Positions 49,334 to 59,658 are shown, numbered from the stretch's first letter. The stretch: DNA of 64,000 nt from Candidatus Caenarcanales bacterium (GCA_013216135.1 JABSOS010000005.1:140682-204681), one strand, 5' to 3'. A program made the numbers and translations. The notes: generated by a model from the sequence alone, not told the origin.

Positions 49334-49799
49334 ACATCTCTATTTTATTTCTGTCTGTCATGAACCTTAAGCCAAGGGCGTCCCAAGTATAGATTATAGT
49401 GCTGGTATTACCTGCATCTACCCAGGCGTAAACTTTAAATGCTCCAGCATGAGCTTTTTCTATAACTAATTCAAAACTCGGTTCTATAGTTTCAAAAACT
49501 AGTTTATCCTGAGAATCATCATCTAAAAATTTCTCTATGTTTTCACGTAGTTGTTTGATTTCGTTTGTAGGACTGAGGTTTAAGCAAAATAACCCTTTCA
49601 CTTCTGAAGCTTCTTTAGCATCTGTATTAAAGCTTACAGTTTTCAAACCACTTTTGAATTCAAGGCTAAATCTTTGCCATAATTCATTTATTGATTCATC
49701 TTTGAAATTTTTACCGTGAAATTTTTCACCGAGATTCAAACTGAAGCTAACTTCAGAACTTGGATCTTTATTATCATCACTACAAACTAACTTTGCCAT
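49293..49799 (-). CDS. Hypothetical protein overlapping the prmC 3' end
   Basis: 168-aa ORF, start lies within the end of prmC. Confidence 0.7.
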   Translation of the reverse strand: MAKLVCSDDNKDPSSEVSFSLNLGEKFHGKNFKDESINELWQRFSLEFKSGLKTVSFNTDAKEASEVKGLFCLNLSPTNEIKQLRENIEKFLDDDSQDKLVFETIEPSFELVIEKAHAGAFKVYAWVDAGNTSTIIYTWDALGLRFMTDRNKIEMFISELSCQIEDQL

Positions 49800-50649
49800 A
49801 ACTGTTTACTAAGCCTATACGATCAAGACCTGAAAGGTCTTTTGTAATTTCAATATCAGGGAAGATTTCTTTTAATTTGTTACTTTGGCTTGCACCATAT
49901 TCAAACACGAAAAATCCATTTTCTTTTATTAAGCCAGAAAGTTGTTGTTTTAAGTATTCGTAGGGAAATCCAACCAAGGCGTGCTTTGGCTCATGGAATA
50001 ATTCTGCTTCTAAACTTTGATAATCTTCTTCACTTATATATGGAGGATTTGAAACTACAATATCAAAATATGGTGGTGGACCTTTTATAATAGGTAGTGC
50101 AATCGGAGACTTTAGGTGACCTAGAAACGGGTCTAGGTAATCTCCTAAAATGAAATTGATATCTAAATTATATTTATCAGCATTGATGGAAGCTACTTGA
50201 AGTGAAGCTTTAGAGATGTCTGAAGCGTAGACGGTAGCACTTGGTAAGGCTTTTTTTAAAGCTATAGCTATACAGCCAGAACCCGTTCCTATATCTAAAA
50301 TAGTAGCTTGCCTAATTTTTCTAACTTTTATCTCTTCTAAAACTTTTTCTACAAGGAGTTCTGTTTCTGGTCTAGGAACTAAAACATCTTTGTTAACAAA
50401 TAAATTTAAATCTAAAAATCTAGCTTCTTCTAATATATAGGCAAGTGGAATTTTTTCTTCATTTCTAATTTTAGTAATGTCTTTTATTTTTTGAATTTCA
50501 TTACTACTAATAAGTTCGTCAGCTTTAGTTATTATCTCTGAGCTATTAATATTTAAGACACTTTCTAAAATTATGCGTGCTTCAATTTTTGCTTCATCAT
50601 TTTGAAGCGAAGTTTCTAACCATTCTTTAGCATCTTGGATGGTTTTCAT
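49780..50649 (-). CDS. prmC: Release factor glutamine N5-methyltransferase
   Basis: PLAYIL, VLVPRPETE, LDIGTGSGCI, VSNPPY; start re-called at ATG 50649. Confidence 0.95.
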   Translation of the reverse strand: MKTIQDAKEWLETSLQNDEAKIEARIILESVLNINSSEIITKADELISSNEIQKIKDITKIRNEEKIPLAYILEEARFLDLNLFVNKDVLVPRPETELLVEKVLEEIKVRKIRQATILDIGTGSGCIAIALKKALPSATVYASDISKASLQVASINADKYNLDINFILGDYLDPFLGHLKSPIALPIIKGPPPYFDIVVSNPPYISEEDYQSLEAELFHEPKHALVGFPYEYLKQQLSGLIKENGFFVFEYGASQSNKLKEIFPDIEITKDLSGLDRIGLVNSYGKVSL

Positions 50650-50715
50650 AGTTAAGGATATTAAATCCAAAGGCTAATTTTATCACTTCTTATAAATCTA
50701 TCCCTTAAAAATGGA

Positions 50716-50743
50716 AAAGGCAGCTACCGTCGTAGCTGCCTTT
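50716..50743. terminator. Intrinsic terminator after flgE
   Basis: AAAGGCAGCTAC-cgtc-GTAGCTGCCTTT 12-bp stem with T tails on both strands. Confidence 0.8.
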
Positions 50744-50820
50744 ATTTCTCCCTCTCCCAAAAATTTTATGTAACTGTAACTATTTCAAACTAGGTCAAGG
50801 AGGAAAATTAATAATTAGTA

Positions 50821-52329
50821 TTAAATATTCAAGATTGACTGTAGGATCTCATCTGAAATACTTATCGTTCTGGCACTTGCCTGCAATCCCCTCTGGAAGG
50901 CGATCATGTCGGAGAATTCTTCTGCGATATCGACGTTACCCATCTCTAAACCACCTGAGACTATCTGAGTGGAGTCTACCACCGGAGCAGATTTGTCACT
51001 TGGACCACCGAGTAAGGCTATTGAGGCAACACCCGAGTTCGGGGATTCAGTATAGAGTGAACTTCCCTTGGCGAGGAGACCATCATAGTTTCTAAAGTTT
51101 GCGAGTATAACTCTCCCAATGATCATCCGCTCAGAACTTGATCCGAAGATAGAGATGGAACCATCACCACCGATAGATACGTTTGCAACTGAGTTTTCAA
51201 TAGATGAATCTACAGTATAGAAGAAAGGCGGAACTTTAATCGGGTCAAATAGGTTCTGCATATCAATAGTTTTTAAAAACGGAACATCATCTTCACCGAT
51301 TGTAATCGTAGTACTTGTTTGAATGTCTGCAACACCAGCTCCTTGAGGACCAGGACCACCCCATGGCGCACCACCTGGTAATGTTAATGAACTACCTACA
51401 CCTGCTGCAAATGTAAATCCTGTAAATGCTTGTTCAAATCTAGTTACCCCTGGTTTCAATCTTAGGCGGAATTGAACTGCTTCACCTGTACCAGCTGTAT
51501 CCTGAAGTAAGAAGGTATTTGTTGCTGTACTTAAAGGAACTGATGGGTCGTATTCAAACTCATACCTTGAACCTACTGGTGTTGAACCTGTTTCATCATA
51601 TGCGATTACAAAGTTACCAAATGCATTCATTGTAAATTCAAGATTGCCAGCATCAGCTATATTAACAGGAGATGTAGGGTTTGTAATAGAGCCTCTAACG
51701 CTAAGTTCAGCAACTTGGCTAATATCAAATGAAGGTGATCCAGGACCAGCTGTACCAGTCAGATCGGGACCTGATGTTGTATTCATATTATAATTAAATT
51801 CGCCCGATGTACTGATATCTTGGTCTGTCCAATATGTTACACCAGTATAATTATCAATTGTTTTAGCTTCTCCCGTTTTATCATTAAAGAATGTAGCACC
51901 CATAATTTTGTTACCACCAGCTGTTACCATATTTCCAGCAGCATCTAAGTTAAAGTTACCGTTTCTAGTATAAAGAGTGTTTACTAAACCTTCTCCAGGA
52001 GCAGCACCTGTACTGACTACGAAGAAACCATCACCATTAATTGCTAGGTTTAAGTTCTGACCAGTATTTCTGATAGATCCTTGGTCAAAGATAGTTGCAA
52101 CAGATGCTAAGTCTACACCGGTACCGATTTCCATAGGGTTAGTACCACCAGTTCTAGTAGAAGGGTTACTACCATTTTTAAGAATAGTACCTACTGATTC
52201 TTGAAAAGCTACTTTGGTTTTCTTGAATGCAACAGTGTTAACGTTTGATAAGTTATTAGCTACTGTAGCTACTGCTTTTTGGTGCTCTGTTACACCTTTC
52301 GACCCTATAAATAATGAACTTAATGGCAT
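50821..52329 (-). CDS. flgE: Flagellar hook protein
   Basis: ANNLSNVNTVAFK, NPMEIGTGV, LAINGDGFF, YTRNGNF, LEMGNVDIAEEFSDMIAFQRG. Confidence 0.9.
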   Translation of the reverse strand: MPLSSLFIGSKGVTEHQKAVATVANNLSNVNTVAFKKTKVAFQESVGTILKNGSNPSTRTGGTNPMEIGTGVDLASVATIFDQGSIRNTGQNLNLAINGDGFFVVSTGAAPGEGLVNTLYTRNGNFNLDAAGNMVTAGGNKIMGATFFNDKTGEAKTIDNYTGVTYWTDQDISTSGEFNYNMNTTSGPDLTGTAGPGSPSFDISQVAELSVRGSITNPTSPVNIADAGNLEFTMNAFGNFVIAYDETGSTPVGSRYEFEYDPSVPLSTATNTFLLQDTAGTGEAVQFRLRLKPGVTRFEQAFTGFTFAAGVGSSLTLPGGAPWGGPGPQGAGVADIQTSTTITIGEDDVPFLKTIDMQNLFDPIKVPPFFYTVDSSIENSVANVSIGGDGSISIFGSSSERMIIGRVILANFRNYDGLLAKGSSLYTESPNSGVASIALLGGPSDKSAPVVDSTQIVSGGLEMGNVDIAEEFSDMIAFQRGLQASARTISISDEILQSILNI

Positions 52330-52347
52330 CTAGTCTTTTCCTTTTAT

Positions 52348-53115
52348 CTATCTAATTAATCCTATTGTGGTGTCAAGCATTTCATCTGAGGTTGTTGTTG
52401 CTCTTGATATTGCTTGGTATGATCTTTGTAATGTCATCAGATCTACTAATTCATCTGAAAGATCTACATTACTTCTCTCAAGTGCACCACTACTGATTCT
52501 GCTTGATGCAGTTGAGGAACCTGCTTGTAAAGCTGTTGAAAATATGGCATTACCTGATGAAGCTGTTTGGGTAAATAAATTTGAACCTATATTAGTTAAA
52601 CCTTCTGGGTTTGCAAAGTCAGCAAGCTGCACTTGATCTAAAAATACTGAGTCGTCATTTGCAAATTGAATTAAGATTTCTCCAGCTGGATTGATCCCAA
52701 ATGATGTCATATCTTCAGGGAAAGTAATTCTTCCACCACCGGAAGATAAAACATAGTTTCCATTCACATCTACTAGGTTTGATTCTGAATCAATATTGAA
52801 ATTACCGGTTCTAGTAAAGAACATTTCTCCAGTAGCATTTTGAACAGCGAAGAATCCATTACCAGTAATTGCCATATTGGCATTATTATCAGTAAACTCT
52901 AAACCACCTTGTGAAAAATCTGTTCCAGTTGATACTAGAAAAGAACCTGAATAAGATGTTCCATCCATTGTGTTTGTTTGAACATTCTCAAAGTTAAGTA
53001 GTCTCTCTTTGAAACCATGAGTACTAACGTTTGAGATATTGTCAGATATAACGCCTAAACCGTCTTGCACGTTTCTTAGTGATGATCCAGTAAAGCGAAT
53101 TGTACTTAAAGACAT
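52348..53115 (-). CDS. flgG: Flagellar basal-body rod protein, FlgG/FlgF family
   Basis: DNISNVSTHGFK, AITGNGFF, TRTGNF, GALERSNVDL, QRSYQ; ~255 aa. Confidence 0.75.
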   Translation of the reverse strand: MSLSTIRFTGSSLRNVQDGLGVISDNISNVSTHGFKERLLNFENVQTNTMDGTSYSGSFLVSTGTDFSQGGLEFTDNNANMAITGNGFFAVQNATGEMFFTRTGNFNIDSESNLVDVNGNYVLSSGGGRITFPEDMTSFGINPAGEILIQFANDDSVFLDQVQLADFANPEGLTNIGSNLFTQTASSGNAIFSTALQAGSSTASSRISSGALERSNVDLSDELVDLMTLQRSYQAISRATTTSDEMLDTTIGLIR

Positions 53116-53252
53116 ATAATTACCTCTTGGTAATATATATTCTCTGAATCTTATGTTTTCCAACTATGCATTAAGTCTATTTAGAAAAGGCTAAATAGTT
53201 CTTAATCATGATAATTTAGGCTTAAATATTTTTTTGTACTAAATTTTTTAGT

Positions 53253-54332
53253 CTAAAAGCTTAAAAGACTCTCTCTTGCGATCTTATATTTCTCTAAGCG
53301 ACTGAGCTCGTAATCGTAGTTATGAAGGGCTGAGAGCCATTGGCCGTAGTTAGGGTTAGGTAAAACTATAAACTTATCTCCAAATTCATCGTGGAGTGTT
53401 TCCATTAGTCTATATCTGAATTGAGAGCTAGGATGTGCATCAAATATAGGACTAAAATCAATAAGATTATCCCCTAGAAGAAGTAGTATCTCGTAGTTTT
53501 CTGAAATTAATTTTCGTCTTATTTCTTTACTCGAGCTATTTTCTTTAAGAAGAATGTTTGATTTCTTTACTGGTATTTCTAGCTTTTTCATATTATCGAG
53601 GGTGGCATCTAAGTGTTTAATATGTCTATTACTTACATAAAAAATTTCAACTTTTTGAGGGTTTATAGAATCTAAAAAGGTTTTAGCACCTGGAATAGCT
53701 TCAGCTTCAGCAAGTTCAACCCAGTGATCCCATGCTTCAGAAGTATATTCATCCTGGTTTAAAAATAATTTAGCTTGGAAGGGAGAGTTATCAAGGACAG
53801 TTTCATCTAAATCAAGAATAATTGCTGCTTTCTTTGTGCTTTTCTTTTGAACAAGCTTTTGTTCAAGTTTTAGGCTTGCAATATTATAGGCTTGGTGGCA
53901 TAGTGCAGAATATTCTGCAGAGTTTTGAACCCATAGGATTCCATAATCTACTTGATGTTTAGAGAATTTTATATTTTCTAGACTGTGATGGTGTGAACTA
54001 GAGTCACCATGGTGGCTACTATGTCCATGCTTTTCATGGTCTTGTAATTCATGATGACTAGATAACTCATGGTCTTCGTCATGGTGACTATTATGACCAT
54101 GTTTAGGTGGACGACCTTTATAATGATCTTCTTCGTGGTGTTTATTACCGAAGTGATCACCGCTGTGATTTTTTTCTGCTTCTGATTCTTCAGTCTTTAA
54201 AATAGGTTTTAAAAACTCGATATTATAATCTTCAGCAATTTGAGCTAAATTCGATTTAAAGGGGAAATCGCAGCTAGTACTGAAACCGGCTATAAATGAG
54301 ATTACTAAGATAGAGATGAGCTTTCTAGGCAT
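53253..54332 (-). CDS. Class C acid phosphatase / 5'-nucleotidase lipoprotein e(P4) family with a His-rich linker
   Basis: Possible lipobox Cys, DLDETVLDNS, YVSNR, GDNLIDF, LPNPNYG.W. Confidence 0.9.
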   Translation of the reverse strand: MPRKLISILVISFIAGFSTSCDFPFKSNLAQIAEDYNIEFLKPILKTEESEAEKNHSGDHFGNKHHEEDHYKGRPPKHGHNSHHDEDHELSSHHELQDHEKHGHSSHHGDSSSHHHSLENIKFSKHQVDYGILWVQNSAEYSALCHQAYNIASLKLEQKLVQKKSTKKAAIILDLDETVLDNSPFQAKLFLNQDEYTSEAWDHWVELAEAEAIPGAKTFLDSINPQKVEIFYVSNRHIKHLDATLDNMKKLEIPVKKSNILLKENSSSKEIRRKLISENYEILLLLGDNLIDFSPIFDAHPSSQFRYRLMETLHDEFGDKFIVLPNPNYGQWLSALHNYDYELSRLEKYKIARESLLSF

Positions 54333-54453
54333 GCATCTATATTATATAGCTAAGTCGCTAGATGAAGAAAAATTAAGTGATTTTACTATGTTTTAGATGT
54401 ACTAATAAATGTATTAACTTGTATAATTATAGAAAAATAATTGGATGTGAATT

Positions 54454-55347
54454 ATGGCTAAGTATGTTCAAGCTTTTGCTGATCAACAATTTGAGCGTTA
54501 TAATGACCTCGGCTCATTTGGTAATCCTACAGTTGTTAGGAAATCTGAAATTGTTCGTAACTCTGAAGGTGCTAATAATCTAGATGATATACAAGGTAGA
54601 CTCCCTATTAGTGAAAATCGTAATATTGTAAAAAAAATGTTACAACCAGTTATTGAAAATGATGGACTTCACAGCCCTTTAGATTTTGTAGATGAATTAG
54701 TTAAAGCATCCTCATCAATTGATGGTGAAGTTGAGAGATTCAGAAAAGGTTTACAGCTAGATATTCATACTAATATCCCGAATAAAAAATTAATAATTTA
54801 TCCCTTTGATAATAATAAAGCTATGTCTATTTTACTTAATCCACTAACTCAGCAATATCTTTTTTCATATAATATCGATAAGCAAATAGTTACATTTGAT
54901 TCCAGCGACTTTGAAGTTTCTTTTGATGATTTAAAGATGAAGCCACAGCTGAAAATTAAAAATAATGTTCCTGAACTTGAAGCATTATTAAAAGAGTTTT
55001 TTGTTCACACTGATCCTTTGAGCAATATAGATGCTTCAGGTAAAGATAAAGTAGGATTTGAAGGTCTAGAACTTACAAGTAATACTCCAATATCAGATAA
55101 AGAAAGGGCAGAACTTGCTAGTAGAGAACTAAAAGATATGATCTCAGCTTTTACCCAGATGAAATCAACTATTGATCAGGTGGAATATGATTCTTTTGCT
55201 CTACCCCACCCTTTTGATAAATCTAAAAAGGTGATTTTTGATATGAATGAGAATTTTAATGTTACTGCAGTTAAGGTTAGACCAATTTTATTAAGATTAC
55301 GCGAGCTCAATGATTCAGCCTTTAAACCAATGGTATCAATTTATTAG
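54454..55347 (+). CDS. Hypothetical protein
   Basis: 297-aa ORF; its stop coincides with the att-like repeat. Confidence 0.7.
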   Translation: MAKYVQAFADQQFERYNDLGSFGNPTVVRKSEIVRNSEGANNLDDIQGRLPISENRNIVKKMLQPVIENDGLHSPLDFVDELVKASSSIDGEVERFRKGLQLDIHTNIPNKKLIIYPFDNNKAMSILLNPLTQQYLFSYNIDKQIVTFDSSDFEVSFDDLKMKPQLKIKNNVPELEALLKEFFVHTDPLSNIDASGKDKVGFEGLELTSNTPISDKERAELASRELKDMISAFTQMKSTIDQVEYDSFALPHPFDKSKKVIFDMNENFNVTAVKVRPILLRLRELNDSAFKPMVSIY

Positions 55348-55405
55348 TGAAAATTGGAGTCGGCAGCCCGCGTGACTCTCGAAGTCGCATGAAAAAGATT
55401 GAACC
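55345..55405 (-). repeat. tRNA-Cys 3'-end-derived repeat with hairpin, distal copy
   Basis: aaaattggagtcggcagcccgcgtgactctcgaagtcgcatgaaaaagattgaacc matches 59659-59712. Confidence 0.85.
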
Positions 55406-55490
55406 TCGGTTCGGATCAGGCTGCTAGGTAACAAAGCTCTTAGTTGCTGGTTTTGAATCGCTGTTTTGTAGGGAGGAAGTTATATCTATC

Positions 55491-55961
55491 TATTAGTTCA
55501 CACTTCGAGATAATTCTAGCCACACACTTCCGTTGAAAACCAATCTCAGGGTATCTCCGCTGTTAAATGTGGAATCCGTATTGTTCTTTAAATTTATAAA
55601 ATCTAAAGCAGAATTGCTAGTTACAATTCCATTATCAACGAGAGTTATACCATTTGCTAAAAATACAATTGTAAGGATTTGACCTTTTTTACCATTTGTA
55701 AGCTTGCTTAAAGTTGGAGATTTGCATCTGATATTTCAATATAATTTGCACCACTAACATCTATTGAGTCACTTGAGGGAATAGTTTGAATTTCTTCTTT
55801 AATAGCAATTGGAGTTAGACCTGTTGTTGTAGCCATAGTTCCTGACTGTAAAATAACTGTTACATCAGAATTTGCACTGATTTTAATGTTTTTATCTCCA
55901 GAAATCTCAAGGTTTGCATCTCCGTTTGATAATTTTTCATTATCAGAATTGCTACTTCCAG
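55491..55961. repeat. 471-bp near-identical direct repeat, copy 1 (partner 58447-58917)
   Basis: By-eye alignment; one substitution seen (aaaaccaat vs aaaatcaat). Confidence 0.9.
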
Positions 55962-56287
55962 TTTTCCCAGGATTTGAATGGAGTGGATCAGAAGAACTAC
56001 CAACTGCATATTAATAGCAGTTCTGAGCGTGGGGTAATAAACCTAAATTTACAAAATTACAAAAATGATTTTCACTTACGAAACTATCACCTTTACACAT
56101 AGCCTCTAGAATTTCTCTTTTTTCATTGGGCTTCAATAAGGTGAACTCTTCATTACTAGGAGATATAGCTAGCTCTGACGGTATCATAGATATTCCTAAA
56201 GCTAAAGGTAAAGACATAAGGTTTTTTACAATCGAAGGTATGCTTGTTATCTTAACTTATGGCTCGGTATTTTGTTTGATTTTGCAT
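55493..56287 (-). pseudogene. Degraded gene: a different N-terminus fused in frame to the duplicated C-terminal module
   Basis: ...LLPHAQNCY*YAVGSSSDPLHSNPGKTGSSNSDNEKLSNG...: in-frame TAA at 56011-56013 plus frameshifts. Confidence 0.6.
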
Positions 56288-56495
56288 CTTAATTAATAAT
56301 AAGAAAAAGTATTTTATGGAAGGATACAATTGAATGAAGTGAAAATTGAGTATTATTGAGGATTTTCGTAGTTTTTGTATCCTTATACAGACTTTGTATA
56401 CTTTACTAGCTACTTAGTATATTTGATAAAGTAGGAACGCTACTGGTTGAGGAAGCTCTTTACTTAGCCTTAATATTTCTGGGACTAAGGTCTAT

Positions 56496-58289
56496 ATGTC
56501 TTTTAAAGCAACTATCGTGTTTTCTGCTAGCTTAGTCTGTTTTATTGTTTTAACCGTAAACTTTTGTTTAGCAGCTCAAGAATCTGTAGAGTCTGGTAAA
56601 GAAACTATAAAGTATTTGGTTAAAGGCAGTGTATTTTTAAAACCCTATGATAAAAATCAAAACGATGCTTTTTTTAGAGAAAAAATACAAAAAAGAGACG
56701 ATTTTTTAAAAAGTAGAGGAACTAGAGTTGATGAAAATAGAGTTATAAATTTTTCAGGTACTGTGCCTCAAGGAGCTGGTGGAGTCTTAATGCATGAATC
56801 TGGAATTGATTTTGGAAATTCTAATCAAGAAGGCTATATATTCTTTTTAAGAGAAAAAAACTTGTTTAAAGAGATTGATAAAGCATTTGCCTCTAAAACT
56901 GAAAATTATAAAAAAGTTTTGAACCTTCAGAGATTTAAGAGGAGAGGGAATAAATTTGACCCATCACTAGCATTGTCTTTTTCAAATTCTGTAAGTAAAG
57001 ATCCTATAGTCTCTAGTGTACCTAAGCTCTATTCGACGATAGATGATGTCTCTTATAGCCTAAATGGTACTTATGGATACAATGATGATTTTATTTCTTA
57101 TTATTCATACCTTCCTAGGGCTTCGATTGAAAAATCACCTGAAAACCCTGATATAGTTACAGTAAAAGCTAAAATATTTGATAGTGTTCCTATTCCAGGT
57201 ATAAAAACAGCAATCCCAACGCTAAATAATACAGAGTACTTAAAAGGAAGATTTAAATTAGATTTAAAAAAAATCAATGAATTTAACTTTAATGAAGAAG
57301 TGAGAAGATCAGAGGAAAATTCAAAACCTAGAGAAAAAGGTAATCAAAATGACCCTATAAAGATTAGAAAATGCGTTGATTTGCAAAAACTAAAAAAAGC
57401 CTATGAAAAACATATCTACGTAGAACTAATAAGAGATATAGACTGCTCAGATACTAAAAATTGGTACGATGGTAAAGGTTTTCCTCCTGTAAAGCTTATA
57501 AGTGCTCATAATTCTTTTCATTTTGATGGTAAGGGACACAAAATAATAGGACTTTATATGAATAATGATTCTGAATCTGCACTTTTTCAAAGAGTGAAAT
57601 CTTTTGGAAGGCAAAGTGAGATAAAAAATCTCACTTTAGAAAATGTAGATATAACTGGTAGGAGTATTGCAGCAGTTTTTGCTCTTGAGATAGGTGCTGT
57701 TAAGTTTTCTAATATTGAAATCAGTGGAAAATTAAACTTAATATTAGCTGGAAGAGATTTTGAATCAAAAATTATAGGAAGTAATTCTTTTGAACGTAAC
57801 TCTCTAGCTGGAATAGCTGCTAACTCTTCGGGAGGAAGTAGTTTTGAAAATATTAAACTTGATATGGATTTCCAAGTTGAGAATACGGGATATCCTTCTC
57901 GCGTTGGTGGTTTAGTATCTCGTCTGCAAACAAGTCTTAGGGGTGGATCTAGAGCAAGATTTAATCCAGATTCATCTCTCATGAGTAATATTGATGTAAA
58001 AATTAATTTTTATAGTCCAAATAGACTAGGTACTTTTGGCTTACTATTGGGTACTTTAGAGGTATTTAATGAGACGGCTGATTCTTTTATTCCTCTAAAA
58101 ATAACTAACTCTTATGTTTCAGGAACTTCTTCTAGGAAAGTTAAACAAAGTGATAGTGAAGATTTTGTGCTTTATGACCATTTTATCGGAGCTTATGTTG
58201 AAAGAGATTTTTTTGGTAATGGTATTGGTCCTGTAGAAATTCAAATAGAAAGCTCGAATTCTAATGTTGAAGAGGTTCTTTTAAAATAA
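56496..58289 (+). CDS. Secreted surface protein with a GLUG/beta-helix-like C-terminal half
   Basis: Signal peptide; ELIRDIDCSDTKNWYDGKGFPP...FDGKGHKIIGL...KNLTLENVDITG...VGGLV. Confidence 0.7.
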   Translation: MSFKATIVFSASLVCFIVLTVNFCLAAQESVESGKETIKYLVKGSVFLKPYDKNQNDAFFREKIQKRDDFLKSRGTRVDENRVINFSGTVPQGAGGVLMHESGIDFGNSNQEGYIFFLREKNLFKEIDKAFASKTENYKKVLNLQRFKRRGNKFDPSLALSFSNSVSKDPIVSSVPKLYSTIDDVSYSLNGTYGYNDDFISYYSYLPRASIEKSPENPDIVTVKAKIFDSVPIPGIKTAIPTLNNTEYLKGRFKLDLKKINEFNFNEEVRRSEENSKPREKGNQNDPIKIRKCVDLQKLKKAYEKHIYVELIRDIDCSDTKNWYDGKGFPPVKLISAHNSFHFDGKGHKIIGLYMNNDSESALFQRVKSFGRQSEIKNLTLENVDITGRSIAAVFALEIGAVKFSNIEISGKLNLILAGRDFESKIIGSNSFERNSLAGIAANSSGGSSFENIKLDMDFQVENTGYPSRVGGLVSRLQTSLRGGSRARFNPDSSLMSNIDVKINFYSPNRLGTFGLLLGTLEVFNETADSFIPLKITNSYVSGTSSRKVKQSDSEDFVLYDHFIGAYVERDFFGNGIGPVEIQIESSNSNVEEVLLK

Positions 58290-58330
58290 ATTGTTGGCAA
58301 TTCACGACTTACTTTCTTTTTTAGCCATAT

Positions 58331-58452
58331 ATTAGTTTTGATAGAATCTATGGTTTTATCTGCGTTATATAAGTTCTCTAATAAAGTGGTAACTGTAAAA
58401 TTGGGTTACATGCAGGCAAATTGCTAGTAAATTAAAAATGCAATTTTATTAG
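58331..58452. repeat. Diverged ~120-bp direct repeat, copy 1 (partner 59525-59655)
   Basis: Colinear, e.g. taaagtggtaactgtaaaa/taaagttataactataaaa and ggcaaattgctagtaaatt/ggcaaattgccagtgaatt. Confidence 0.75.
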
Positions 58453-58917
58453 TTCACACTTCGAGATAATTCTAGCCACACACTTCCGTTGAAAATCAAT
58501 CTCAGGGTATCTCCGCTGTTAAATGTGGAATCCGTATTGTTCTTTAAATTTATAAAATCTAAAGCAGAATTGCTAGTTACAATTCCATTATCAACGAGAG
58601 TTATACCATTTGCTAAAAATACAATTGTAAGGATTTGACCTTTTTTACCATTTGTAAGCTTGCTTAAAGTTGGAGATTTGCATCTGATATTTCAATATAA
58701 TTTGCACCACTAACATCTATTGAGTCACTTGAGGGAATAGTTTGAATTTCTTCTTTAATAGCAATTGGAGTTAGACCTGTTGTTGTAGCCATAGTTCCTG
58801 ACTGTAAAATAACTGTTACATCAGAATTTGCACTGATTTTAATGTTTTTATCTCCAGAAATCTCAAGGTTTGCATCTCCGTTTGATAATTTTTCATTATC
58901 AGAATTGCTACTTCCAG
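58447..58917. repeat. 471-bp near-identical direct repeat, copy 2
   Basis: Matches 55491-55961. Confidence 0.9.
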
Positions 58918-59386
58918 GAAAAATACCAGAGTCAGTTTCTGAAGGTAAAGTAATTGTGTTGGATAAATCTACTCCCCCAGAAATAGGTCTATCTGTATTT
59001 TCAATGAAATTGTCAGCATCAGCAGCTTCCAATAATACTTTATTAACACCAATTGGTAGGTTTGAGGGAATAGACTCCCCAGTAAACATAAGTACGACTC
59101 TATAGATATTTGAAGAATTTACATTAATCTCAGGTAGCCTAACTTGAGCTTTTTTCTGATTTCTAGAAACAAAAGTATTTAAATTGTATTCTTCTCCATC
59201 AGCAGTTTTGAGAGTTACTGTCAATGGATTATTTCTTGATGATAATTTTGAGTTTCTATCAGCTCTAAGAGTTAAAAGTTGTCCAGAGAACAATACTCCA
59301 GGAATCTTATCAAAGTTTACAGCGGCTTTAACCTGTGTAGCACATGACAATAAAAGACTTGATGCTAGTATGATTTTCTTTATCAT
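58449..59386 (-). pseudogene. Secreted protein gene with a 1-nt frameshift near 58675; the natural C-terminus continues to 58449
   Basis: Track ORF stops at 58664, but the -1 frame continues SPTLSKLTNGKKGQILTIVF...GDTLRLIFNGSVWLELSRSVN*. Confidence 0.7.
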
Positions 59387-59393
59387 AGTTAAT

Positions 59394-59421
59394 ATTGTAT
59401 TGATTATGATGATATTGTCAA
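59394..59421 (-). promoter_or_regulatory. Near-consensus sigma70 promoter, leaderless arrangement
   Basis: TTGACA-N16-TACAAT-N7-ATG(59386). Confidence 0.6.
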
Positions 59422-59524
59422 CCTAGTTTTGCTTATTATTAGATAATTTGTTACTGCAAAATCCAAGTATTCTTCAAATTAAGCTCATCTTTTATGAACT
59501 TTACTGTCTATCTTTATCCATTTG

Positions 59525-59655
59525 ATTAGTTTTGATATTTTGATAAGATCCATAGTTTCACCTGATTAATACAAGTTTTTTAGTAAAGTTATAACTATAA
59601 AACTCAGCTGTAGGCGGGCAAATTGCCAGTGAATTATAAATGCAATTATAATTAG
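59525..59655. repeat. Diverged ~120-bp direct repeat, copy 2
   Basis: Colinear with 58331-58452. Confidence 0.75.
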
Positions 59656-59658
59656 AGT

